Positions 32,593-41,619 of a DNA stretch of 64,000 bases are shown here, piece after piece (within the stretch, counting starts at the first letter, position 1; each line of letters begins with the position of its first letter). A program made the position numbers and the translations under genes. The DNA lies in NCBI GenBank assembly GCA_965218295.1, contig CBDCKN010000001.1, positions 1-64,000 on the forward strand. Reading direction: 5' to 3'. A model generated the notes under the pieces. It saw only the letters and a program-made list of their open reading frames with translations, was not told the DNA's origin and did no database searches. This DNA comes from Longimicrobiales bacterium (GTDB lineage Bacteria > Gemmatimonadota > Gemmatimonadetes > Longimicrobiales > Gaopeijiaceae).

Positions 32593-33689
32593 GCACTGCC
32601 TCTGCGGGTCCTCCGGATCCCATTCGGGACGGGGATCGTCTCGATCCAGAGATCTTCCAGCTCCCCGTGAAGAGGATGAAGGCGGGACACTACTCGGACA
32701 AGTACTTCGTCCGGGCACGGGACGTGCTGATCGCCGACGGGCACGACCCCGTCGTAACGATGCAGATCTTCCAGAAGAAACGGGCATGGGTGGCCGGTAC
32801 GGACGAGGCCATCGCCATCCTCAAGCTCTGCTTGACCGATGGCTATTCCTTCTCCGACCTCGAGGTCTCCTCCTTGCGGGACGGGGATCATGTGGAGCCG
32901 TGGGAGACGGTCATGCTGATCCGCGGGCCGTACGCGGCCTTCGCCCATCTCGAGACGCTCTACGTGGGGGTTCTGGGCCGTCGCACCAAGATCGCGACGA
33001 GCACCCGTGAGGTCGTCGAGGCCGCCTGGCCCCAGCCGGTCCTGTTCTTCCCCGCGCGACACGACCATTGGATGGTGCAGACCGGCGATGGCTGGGCGGC
33101 CCACGTAGCCGGTGCCATCGGGGTCTCGACCGACGCGCAGGCCTCCTGGTGGGGGAGTGAGGGCGACGGGACGGTTCCCCACGCGCTCATCGCCGCCTAC
33201 GGCGGGGACACCGTAAGAGCCACTGAGGCCCTGGTGCGTCACATATCCAAAGACGTGAACATCATCTCGCTAGTGGACTTCGAGAACGATTGCGTGGGAA
33301 CCTCCCTGACCGTGGCCCGGGCCCTGGGGGAGCGCCTCTGGGGGGTCCGCCTCGACACGGCCGCCGACCTGGTAGACCAGTCCCTTCAGGGGGAGATGGG
33401 CGACTTCGATCCCCGTGGGGTCAATCCGAGATTGGTGGAGAAGGTGCGAGACGCCCTCGACCGGGAGGGGTTCAGGCATGTGAAGATCGTGGTATCCGGC
33501 GGCTTCGACGCGGACAAGATCCGTCGTTTCAAGGAGGCGGGAGTGCCCGTGGACTCCTACGGCGTGGGCTCGGCGCTGGTTCGAGGCAGTTACGACTTCA
33601 CGGCGGACGTCGTATTGGTGGAGGGCAGCCCTTCGGCGAAGACGGGCCGCTGGCATCGCCCCAACCCGCGGATGGAGACCGTCTCATGA
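32589..33689 (+). CDS. pncB: Nicotinate phosphoribosyltransferase (QPRTase-like fold)
   Basis: YSDKYF, GTVPHAL, GVRLDT, IVVSGGF, GVGS, FTAD. Confidence 0.8.
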   Translation: MSTASAGPPDPIRDGDRLDPEIFQLPVKRMKAGHYSDKYFVRARDVLIADGHDPVVTMQIFQKKRAWVAGTDEAIAILKLCLTDGYSFSDLEVSSLRDGDHVEPWETVMLIRGPYAAFAHLETLYVGVLGRRTKIATSTREVVEAAWPQPVLFFPARHDHWMVQTGDGWAAHVAGAIGVSTDAQASWWGSEGDGTVPHALIAAYGGDTVRATEALVRHISKDVNIISLVDFENDCVGTSLTVARALGERLWGVRLDTAADLVDQSLQGEMGDFDPRGVNPRLVEKVRDALDREGFRHVKIVVSGGFDADKIRRFKEAGVPVDSYGVGSALVRGSYDFTADVVLVEGSPSAKTGRWHRPNPRMETVS

Positions 33690-34396
33690 CCTCGAGCGCC
33701 GGTACGGTCACCCGGGTCGGTTGGGTGGTGGACGTCCAGAGAGACTTCATGGAGCCCGATGGCCGCCTCTACGTGCGTGACCTGGGCGACGCCTCCGACC
33801 CCGGGGCCACCTCCATCGTCGCGGCCCTTGGGGATGCGGTGGCGTGGATGCGGGAGAACTGCACCGTCATCGTCTATACGGGGGATTGGCACGCCCTCGA
33901 CGACGCCGAGATCGATCCTCACACCCCAGACCCGCGGGCGGGCACCTATCCGCCTCACTGCATGGGCCGGTCCGACGATCCGGACGAACGAGCCGGAGCC
34001 GAGCTCATAGGCGCCGTGCGGCCGACCGATCCACTCATCGTGCCCTTGGGGGCCACCGGGGCGGAGGCCGCCGAGACCGCCCGGGAGGCGATCCGAAGTG
34101 GGCGATCGGTCTTTATCCAGAAGGACCGCTTCGACGTCTTCGAGGGCAACGCCGCCGCCGAAACCTTCCTGTCCGCCCTCGAGGATGAAGTGGAGGGGGA
34201 GCTGGAACTCGTGGTCATCGGTGTCGCCCGGGACGTCTGCGTCACCCAGGCCGTGGATGGCATGCAGGACCGAGGGTACCGGGTCACGGTGGTCCAAGAT
34301 GCGACCTGGGGCTTGGGTCTCGAAGACGAGGAGGTGACTCTCCGTCGTTGGGCCTCCCAGGGCCGAGTGGTAACCCTCTCGGAGCTCACCGGCTAG
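33686..34396 (+). CDS. pncA: Nicotinamidase / isochorismatase family cysteine hydrolase
   Basis: VDVQRDF, DWH, YPPHC, K..FDVF, GVARDVCV catalytic motifs; coupled to pncB. Confidence 0.8.
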   Translation: MTSSAGTVTRVGWVVDVQRDFMEPDGRLYVRDLGDASDPGATSIVAALGDAVAWMRENCTVIVYTGDWHALDDAEIDPHTPDPRAGTYPPHCMGRSDDPDERAGAELIGAVRPTDPLIVPLGATGAEAAETAREAIRSGRSVFIQKDRFDVFEGNAAAETFLSALEDEVEGELELVVIGVARDVCVTQAVDGMQDRGYRVTVVQDATWGLGLEDEEVTLRRWASQGRVVTLSELTG

Positions 34397-34482
34397 GGGA
34401 TCCGTCAAGTTGACGGGTGAAGATCGGGGCATGAAGATGAGCCCGTGGCTTTACCCTTGGCCCATAATCCGTGGTGATCCCG

Positions 34483-37206
34483 ATGCGTCCCATAAAGGCT
34501 TCCGTCCCAGTCGTCGCGCTCCTTTTCGCGGCCCTGGCGCTTCCCGCCACCGCCCAAGAGACGGTAACCTCACCCGAGCAGCAGTTCGGGCATGAGATTG
34601 GAGCGGACTACCAGCTCCCCAACTACACGCAGCTCTACGAGTACTGGCACAAGCTGGCCCGCGAGTCGGATCGAATGTCGGTCCACGACATCGGCCTCAC
34701 CTCCGAGGGGAGGCCCCAGATCATGGCGATCATCACGTCGCCAGAGAATCGTCTGAACCTCGACCGCTACCGCGAGATCTCACGACGCCTGGCGAAGGCG
34801 AAGGGGGTCTCTGAGGAGCAGGCCCGGGCGTTGTCCCAGGAGGGCAAGGCCGTGGTCTGGATCGACGGTGGCCTCCACGCTACGGAGGTTCTCGGAGCCC
34901 AGCAGCTCATGGAGATGGTGTACCGGATGGTGAGCCGGTCGGACCCGGAGACGCTGCGGATCCTGGATGATGTGATCCTGCTGGCGGTACACGTGAACCC
35001 CGACGGTATGGAGCTCGTGTCCGACTGGTACATGCGGGAGGACGATCCGCTGAAGCGGAGCACAAGCGGAGTCCCCGTCCTGTACAACAAGTACGCCGGT
35101 CATGACAACAACCGGGACTTCTACATGTCGGCGCTGGCTGAGACCACCAACATCAACCGGGTGATCTACCGGGAGTGGTACCCACACATCGTATACAACC
35201 ACCATCAAACGGGTCCTTCGGGCACCGTCATGTTCGCGCCCCCGTTCCGGGATCCCCCGAATCCGAACCTGGACCCCATCATCCTCACCAGCCTCGACGG
35301 GGTGGGCGCAGCCATGCATGGCCGGTTTGTTCGCGAGGGGAGGGGGGGCACCACCATGCGTTCCGGTGCGAGCTACTCCACCTGGTGGAACGGCGGACTG
35401 CGCACCACGCCCTACTTCAAGAACATGATCGGTCTCCTCACAGAGACCATCGGCAACCCGACGCCCGTCGAGATTCCGTTCATGCCCGAGCGCCAGCTGG
35501 CCAGCGGCAACCTTCCGCTGCCCGTCGAACCGGGTGTCTGGCACTTCCGCCAGTCGATCGAATACTCGCAGACGGCGAACTGGGCGGTCCTCGACTACGC
35601 CTCCAGGAATCGCGACCAGCTGCTGTACAACATCTGGCGCATGGGCATGAACTCGATCGAGCGCGGCAGCCGGGACACCTGGACGGTGCTGCCCTTCGAG
35701 GTTGAAGATGCAGCCGCAAGCCTCGGTGCCGGGGAGGCCGGATCGGCCGAGGACTTCCAGAAAATGCTTCACCCCCGGGCTGGACGGGATCCCCGGGGGT
35801 TCATTGTGCCACGGGGTCAGGCGGACTTCGCCACCGCCACCAAGTTCGTGAACGCGCTTCTGAAGAACGGGGTGGACGTGCACCGGGCTACGGCGGACTT
35901 CACCGTAGCCGGTCGGCGCTACGCCGAAGGCTCCTATGTGGCGAAGACCGATCAGGCCTTCCGGCCGCACGTGATGGACATGTTCGAGCCCCAACAGCAT
36001 CCCAACGACTTCGCCTATCCGGGCGGACCTCCCACGCCTCCGTACGACAACGCGGGATGGACGCTGGCCTATCAGATGGGCGTCGAGTTCCACCGGATTC
36101 TGGACGGCTTCGACGGACCCTTCGAGATGATCGAGGGGCTGGCTGACACACCTCCGGGACAGGTGATGGCCTCGGCCTCAGCGGCCGGCTACGTGTTCGA
36201 TCATCGCCACAACGGCTCCTTCCTGGTTCTGAACCGGCTTCTGGCCGGGGGCAGCGACGTTTACTGGCTCCTGGAGGCTCCGAAGGGGGCGAATCTCCCC
36301 AAGGGGGCCTTCTACGTGCCGGGAAGCCAGGTCGACGACTATGCGCTGACGACGTTGGCTGCCGAGACAGGAGTGAGCTTCCAGGCGGTCAGGGCCCCCA
36401 TGGGCGAGACGCTCAGGTTGCGTCGCCCGCGGATCGGGCTCTGGGATCGCTACGGGGGATCCATGCCCTCGGGGTGGACTCGCATGATCTTGGAGGACTT
36501 CGGGTTCGATTTCGAGGTGGTCTATCCCTCGGAGCTGACCGACGGAAGTCTGGGCGACCGGTTCGACGTGCTGGTCTTCGAGGACGGTGGGATTCCGGCT
36601 CCCAGCGACCGGACCCAGGGTGGTGGAGATGGGCGACGCCAACCGGCGGATCCGGCCACGATTCCCGAGGAGTTCCGTAGCCGTCTCGGATCCGTCACAG
36701 CCGACGGGACCGTGCCTGAGATCCTGGAGTTCGCCCGAGGCGGAGGGACCGTCATCGCCATCGGCAGCTCTTCGGTGCTGGGCTACTACGCCGGTCTCCC
36801 GATGAGCAACCATTTGGTCGAGAATGGCCAGCCGCTGGCGGAAGAGCAGTACTACACGCCCGGATCCGTTCACTCGCTCAAACTCGAGCACGTCAGCCCG
36901 GTGACGCACGGGCTCGGTGAGCGCCTGAACGTTCTCATCAGCCACAGCCCTCTCTTCCGACTCGAGCCCGGGTGGGAGGGGCAGGGGGTCAAACGCATCG
37001 GCTGGTTCGATACCGATCAGCCCCTGAGAAGCGGGTGGGCGTGGGGCCAGGAGCGCATGCAGAACGGCACGGCTTTGATCGAAGCGCCCCTCGGAGACGG
37101 GAAGCTCTTCCTCTTCTCGCCCAGGATCACGTTTCGTTCCCAGTCCCACGCGGCGTTCCCGCTTCTCTTCAACGGGATCTTCTACGGCTCGGCTCAGGAG
37201 CCTTAA
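34483..37206 (+). CDS. Secreted M14 zinc carboxypeptidase-like protein
   Basis: Signal peptide; GLHATE (HxxE), NPDG, DNNRD, HHQ. Confidence 0.88.
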   Translation: MRPIKASVPVVALLFAALALPATAQETVTSPEQQFGHEIGADYQLPNYTQLYEYWHKLARESDRMSVHDIGLTSEGRPQIMAIITSPENRLNLDRYREISRRLAKAKGVSEEQARALSQEGKAVVWIDGGLHATEVLGAQQLMEMVYRMVSRSDPETLRILDDVILLAVHVNPDGMELVSDWYMREDDPLKRSTSGVPVLYNKYAGHDNNRDFYMSALAETTNINRVIYREWYPHIVYNHHQTGPSGTVMFAPPFRDPPNPNLDPIILTSLDGVGAAMHGRFVREGRGGTTMRSGASYSTWWNGGLRTTPYFKNMIGLLTETIGNPTPVEIPFMPERQLASGNLPLPVEPGVWHFRQSIEYSQTANWAVLDYASRNRDQLLYNIWRMGMNSIERGSRDTWTVLPFEVEDAAASLGAGEAGSAEDFQKMLHPRAGRDPRGFIVPRGQADFATATKFVNALLKNGVDVHRATADFTVAGRRYAEGSYVAKTDQAFRPHVMDMFEPQQHPNDFAYPGGPPTPPYDNAGWTLAYQMGVEFHRILDGFDGPFEMIEGLADTPPGQVMASASAAGYVFDHRHNGSFLVLNRLLAGGSDVYWLLEAPKGANLPKGAFYVPGSQVDDYALTTLAAETGVSFQAVRAPMGETLRLRRPRIGLWDRYGGSMPSGWTRMILEDFGFDFEVVYPSELTDGSLGDRFDVLVFEDGGIPAPSDRTQGGGDGRRQPADPATIPEEFRSRLGSVTADGTVPEILEFARGGGTVIAIGSSSVLGYYAGLPMSNHLVENGQPLAEEQYYTPGSVHSLKLEHVSPVTHGLGERLNVLISHSPLFRLEPGWEGQGVKRIGWFDTDQPLRSGWAWGQERMQNGTALIEAPLGDGKLFLFSPRITFRSQSHAAFPLLFNGIFYGSAQEP

Positions 37207-37216
37207 CGGAAACCAT

Positions 37217-37259
37217 AGGGGGGTCGTCTGAGTTTCTTGAGACGACCCCCTCCTTTATT
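37217..37259 (+). terminator. Intrinsic terminator
   Basis: GGGGGTCGTCT...AGACGACCCCC stem, then T-rich tail. Confidence 0.6.
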
Positions 37260-37376
37260 CGCATCGCTGTCGCACGCGACGGCGACGGGGGAACCTGCCG
37301 CTGGCGGGTCGATAGAACATAGATGAGCCGAGCCGCTGCTAGGAGCGGATCGGCCGCCGCAGGTCCGGAGAGTCAT

Positions 37377-38456
37377 GTGAGTAGGAAGATCGGAAAGATC
37401 CTGATGTTCGCCCTGGTTTTGCCCGGGGTGTGGGTTGATGGGGCTTCGGCCCAGATCACGGGCGTCGTCACGGCGAGGGGTGGAGTACTGCTGGAGGGTG
37501 TTGCCGTCGAGGTTTGGACGGCGAGCGCACGCATCGCGGCGCGTCTCACCAACTCCAATGGGCGTTTCTTTTTCCCCGAGAGCATCGCGTTTCGGGCCGT
37601 CACTCTGCAGGTGGGGGCCCTGGGCTTCAAGACACGGGAGGTCATCGTCGAGGAGGGTGTGGACGAGTACGCCATCCAGCTCGACGAGGAACCTCTGCTT
37701 CTCGAGGGGCTCGTGGTGACGACGGAAGAAGCCACCTGTGAGATGGGGCGGGACGACAAAAAGGCGAGGCAGCTGTGGCAGTTCGCCCGGCTGCGATACC
37801 ACGGAATCATGGACACCCTTGGCGTAGCGACGTACCTGGCCGAGGCCGACACCGTAGTGCCCCTCTCCAAGTTGGGGCCGTTGGACCTGCCCGCTCTTGC
37901 CCTGAGCCAGCGCGGATCGTCGTCGCTCCTGCGCTTCAGCTGGACCCGGCGCATCCGGCGTGACGGATACGCCTTCAAGGTTCGGCGCACCGACGGAGCC
38001 CGCCCCTACGACTCCTGGGTGTATCCGCCCCTGGACGCCGACTTCGCTCCCCACTTCGTCGACGACCTCTTCGGGGAGCGGCATCGCTTTGTCGTGGAGC
38101 ACGAGGGCCCCGACGGATGGACCCTGGCCTACTGCCCGAAGAAGGACAACAAGCCCACCATCAAGGGTACCATCGTCCTTGCACGGGACACCTCGTTCAC
38201 CTCCGTCGAGTGGCTGTTCCAGACGCCGGATCCGGTAGAGCACGCCGGGGGCCGCGCCGTCTTCGCGCCGCCGCTCCCGGGTCACGAGCTGGTCTATCTG
38301 CTGCCGAGCGAGGCGATCGTCTGGCGTGAGGTGCCCGGCGGCGAGTATCTGCAGCGTTATCAGCGCTTCGAGGGTTGGCTCGTGGCGCCGGGAGACTCCG
38401 TGCCGGCCCTTCCGTTGCACCGGAAGAGCGAGCGGGGAGCTTCGCGAAGGAACTGA
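37377..38456 (+). CDS. Exported protein with N-terminal carboxypeptidase-regulatory-like domain
   Basis: Signal peptide; ITGVV..G..LEGV.V, TNSNGRF, LGF. Confidence 0.65.
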   Translation: MSRKIGKILMFALVLPGVWVDGASAQITGVVTARGGVLLEGVAVEVWTASARIAARLTNSNGRFFFPESIAFRAVTLQVGALGFKTREVIVEEGVDEYAIQLDEEPLLLEGLVVTTEEATCEMGRDDKKARQLWQFARLRYHGIMDTLGVATYLAEADTVVPLSKLGPLDLPALALSQRGSSSLLRFSWTRRIRRDGYAFKVRRTDGARPYDSWVYPPLDADFAPHFVDDLFGERHRFVVEHEGPDGWTLAYCPKKDNKPTIKGTIVLARDTSFTSVEWLFQTPDPVEHAGGRAVFAPPLPGHELVYLLPSEAIVWREVPGGEYLQRYQRFEGWLVAPGDSVPALPLHRKSERGASRRN

Positions 38457-38697
38457 CGAAGGGTGCGGGAGCTCTGCGACGTTGCCGCCGCACGAGACCG
38501 CGAAGAAGCACTAGGGGACCCGCGCCGGCTCCATCCGATCTGTCTGTCCCGTATCCATGGGTGGAGGAGCGTTGGGGCAAGCCGCATCCGAGACCCTGAC
38601 GGGGGCACAACTCCTTGATTTTCACCCGAAAAAGCCCGAACCTTTTGCGCCTCTCTCTTGGCATGAAACTGCCCTCATCCTGACATTTCGGAGCTCT

Positions 38698-39513
38698 GTG
38701 AGCCGCGAATCCTCTCTGGTCGCCCGCACGCCCGAGGCACTGACCCGGATGCTTGCCGCACTCGGCCGCACCTCGAAACTGTTCGCCGAGCACGCGGGAC
38801 AGCTGGGTCTACTCGTGTGGAACATAGGCGTGGCCTTCGCGCGCTTTCGCGTGTCGGGCAGGGACATACTGAGGCAGATCTACATCGTCGGAATCCAGAG
38901 CATCCCCATCGTCTTGGTGGCTGCCGGGCTCATCGGAGTCGTGACCAGCCAGCAGGGCGGCTATCAGATGCAGAGCAATCTGCCTCTCTACGTCATGGGC
39001 TCCGTCGTCGTGGAGAGCGTGATTCTCGAGATGGGGCCCGTCCTCACGGCCATCGTCATGATTGGGAGGGTGGGCGCGCGTTTCACCGCCGAGCTGGGGA
39101 CCATGAAGGTCTCCGAGCAGATCGACGCGCTCTACTCCGTGGGGCGGGATCCGGTCGAGATTCTGGCGGCCCCTCGGGTTCTGGCCCTCATGATCTCCAT
39201 GCCGATCCTCGTGGCCATGGCCAACGTTGTGGGAATCCTGACGGGAATGGTCTCCGCCCAGTTCACCCTCGGCCTGGGTCAGGAGACGTTCTTCTACGGG
39301 GCGCGGCTCTTCTGGCACTCGTACGACCTGTTCTACTCGCTCCTGAAGGCGTTCGTCTTCGGAGCGGCGATCCCCGTCATCGCGATTCACATGGGTTTGC
39401 GAACGGCCGGTGGCGCGGAGGGGGTGGGACGGACCACGACTCAGTCGGTCGTGTTCATGACTCTGACGATCCTGATCATCGACGCCATGTTCCCTCCACT
39501 CTTCTTGCAGTAG
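38698..39513 (+). CDS. mlaE: MlaE-family ABC permease
   Basis: EMGPVLTA, GRVGA..AELGTMKVSEQIDAL, GGAEGVG. Confidence 0.92.
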   Translation: MSRESSLVARTPEALTRMLAALGRTSKLFAEHAGQLGLLVWNIGVAFARFRVSGRDILRQIYIVGIQSIPIVLVAAGLIGVVTSQQGGYQMQSNLPLYVMGSVVVESVILEMGPVLTAIVMIGRVGARFTAELGTMKVSEQIDALYSVGRDPVEILAAPRVLALMISMPILVAMANVVGILTGMVSAQFTLGLGQETFFYGARLFWHSYDLFYSLLKAFVFGAAIPVIAIHMGLRTAGGAEGVGRTTTQSVVFMTLTILIIDAMFPPLFLQ

Positions 39514-39523
39514 GGGGGTTACG

Positions 39524-40321
39524 GTGCCACCTCAGGGCAACGGATCGGGACCGGTCATCGAGTACATGAACGTCTTCAAGGCCTTCGACGCTCCCGTTCT
39601 CTCCGGGGTCAACCTCTCCGTGCAGAGGGGTGAGATGTTCGCCCTCTTCGGTCCCTCGGGTACCGGCAAGAGCGTGCTCCTCAAGACCACGACGGCGTTG
39701 ATCACGCCCGACCAAGGCGACGTGCGGGTGGCCGGCGAGTCGGTCTACTTTGGGGATCGGCGGTCACTGGAGCGGATCCGAGAGAAGGTCGGGTACGTAT
39801 TTCAATACGCCGCTCTCTTCGATTCGCTCACCGTCTTCGAGAATATCGAGATGGGGATTTCGGAGAAGGCCCTTCGGGGCATGGGCAGAGCCGAAGTGAA
39901 GCGCCGGGCCTGGGAATCTCTCGAGCTCGTGCACCTCGAGCCGAGTCAGGTCCTGGGGAAGCTCCCGGCGGAGCTATCCGGGGGCATGAAGAAGCGAGTG
40001 GGGATCGCCAGGGCCATCGCGGGCCGTCCGGAGATTCTCCTGTGGGACGAGCCCACTACGGGGCTCGATCCCGTAAACACTGCCGCCATCGAGAGGCTGA
40101 TCACGCGGCTATCCGACGAGCTGCACACGACGTCGCTCCTCGTCACCCACGACGTGGAAGGTGGCCTGGAGATGTGCGATCGGGTCGCAATGCTAGAGGG
40201 CGGGACGCTTCGATTCTGCGGAACGCCCGAGGCCTTCAGGGTGAGTGACGATCCGGTGGTGAAGGCGTTTGGCGATCGAGCCGCCGCGATAGCAGCTCTG
40301 GACGTGTTGGAAGTCACCTAG
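39524..40321 (+). CDS. mlaF: MlaF-family ABC ATPase
   Basis: GPSGTGKS, FQYAALFDS, LSGGMKKR, DEPTTGLDP. Confidence 0.92.
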   Translation: MPPQGNGSGPVIEYMNVFKAFDAPVLSGVNLSVQRGEMFALFGPSGTGKSVLLKTTTALITPDQGDVRVAGESVYFGDRRSLERIREKVGYVFQYAALFDSLTVFENIEMGISEKALRGMGRAEVKRRAWESLELVHLEPSQVLGKLPAELSGGMKKRVGIARAIAGRPEILLWDEPTTGLDPVNTAAIERLITRLSDELHTTSLLVTHDVEGGLEMCDRVAMLEGGTLRFCGTPEAFRVSDDPVVKAFGDRAAAIAALDVLEVT

Positions 40322-40373
40322 TGTTCCGTTTCCGAAGTCCGGGAGCCGAGACACTTTGGTAACGGGACACTAG
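40318..40373. mobile_element. Palindromic miniature element, copy E3
   Basis: CTAGTGTTCCGTT...AACGGGACACTAG; its TAG is the mlaF stop. Confidence 0.85.
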
Positions 40374-40395
40374 AACGGGTATTCGGGAGCATCCA

Positions 40396-41346
40396 TTGGA
40401 GATACGGAACGACCAGAGCCCCACGGACCAGGAGATCGAGCAGGCCGTCCCTCAACAGGCTGGCCGGCGGGACGTCCGGGTCGGATTGTTCGTGCTCGTC
40501 GGCCTCGCCGCGACGATCTATCTGCTCTATCTCCTGACGGATCCGGCTACTTTCCGGGGCAGGTACAAGATCACGACCACCGTCGAGAACGTGATGGGGC
40601 TCCGCAAAGGCGATCCCGTCCAGATGCGCGGTGTGAACATCGGGCGGGTCCACGACTTCAGTCTGGACCGGGATACGGAGGACGTCGTGGTCGTTCTCGA
40701 GATCGAGGGCCAGTGGCGTATCCCCGAGGGGTCGCGCACCGAGATCGTAAGCCCGGGACTCATGTCCCCCAGGACCGTGATGGTCGTGCCGGGCGACGGG
40801 CCGGGCGAGATTTCGGCCGGCGCGACCCTCCCGGGGACGGCGGTGAAGGGGCTCCTGGACGACACCGAATCCTTGGGTGAGAAGGGCGAGGCCTTTCTCG
40901 ACCAGATAACCGCGCTCCTTTCGGACTCCACCATCGCCGCCGTGGGCGGAAGCGCCCAGGATCTCCAGGCGATCCTGAACGAGCTCGCCGACCTCATGGG
41001 CTCCCAGAGCGAAGAGCTCGAGGATCTCATCGCCTCCTTGAACCGTGCCGCCGACGGCCTGGCCGATGTCACCGGCCCCGAGCTCAGGGACGACATCTCG
41101 AGCACGGTATCCCAGGCCGACTCCCTCATGGGGAGCCTAAGCGCCACGTCGGCGCGCCTCGACCGGGCGGCCACCTCCCTGGAGGCGATCCTCGGCCGGA
41201 TGGAGCGGGGTGAGGGCACGCTCGGGCAGCTTTCTGTCAACGACTCGCTCTACGTGAGCCTGAACGCGGCCGTGGCGAGCGTGCGCCTTCTCATGGACGA
41301 CCTACGGGCCAATCCGGGGCGCTACATCAACCTGTCGATCTTCTAG
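40396..41346 (+). CDS. mlaD: MlaD/MCE family protein
   Basis: N-terminal TM, GLRKGDPVQMRGVNIGRV, helical region, GEGTLGQL..DSLY, NPGRY. Confidence 0.9.
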   Translation: MEIRNDQSPTDQEIEQAVPQQAGRRDVRVGLFVLVGLAATIYLLYLLTDPATFRGRYKITTTVENVMGLRKGDPVQMRGVNIGRVHDFSLDRDTEDVVVVLEIEGQWRIPEGSRTEIVSPGLMSPRTVMVVPGDGPGEISAGATLPGTAVKGLLDDTESLGEKGEAFLDQITALLSDSTIAAVGGSAQDLQAILNELADLMGSQSEELEDLIASLNRAADGLADVTGPELRDDISSTVSQADSLMGSLSATSARLDRAATSLEAILGRMERGEGTLGQLSVNDSLYVSLNAAVASVRLLMDDLRANPGRYINLSIF

Positions 41347-41399
41347 AACCCCCCAGACCCTTTCGAACCTCCTCCACGCTCAGGACCCTGCTTCCCGGG

Positions 41400-41489
41400 A
41401 AAGCTCCCCGAGTCACTCTTCGAGACGTATACGTATCTTTATGTCGTGAGTATACGTACGAGGCTGTGCTGCGGCATGGAGAGACACAC
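41400..41489. repeat. TACGTA-N17-TACGTA repeat, copy A (inverted relative to B and C)
   Basis: About 90 bp similar to the reverse complement of 52660-52750. Confidence 0.85.
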
Positions 41490-41619
41490 TCGATTGGATG
41501 TCTCGTCGCGCTATAGCCCGAGGGTGGGGAAGGTGCCAATCGCCGGCGGTTGAGCGCCGGGCTCCCCACGGGAGCCCGGGCCTATTGCCATGTAGCCGAC
41601 AGCGTTGACCCGGCAGCGA

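Noticed and set aside
38658..38672. Sigma54 promoter upstream of mlaE (TTGGCATGAAACTGC)
   Set aside because: GG-to-GC spacing is 9, not the required 10.
41430..41458. Chromosomal dif site (contains TTATGT)
   Set aside because: TTATGT is not kept in the other copies, there is no ATAA-N6-TTAT core, and there are several copies.
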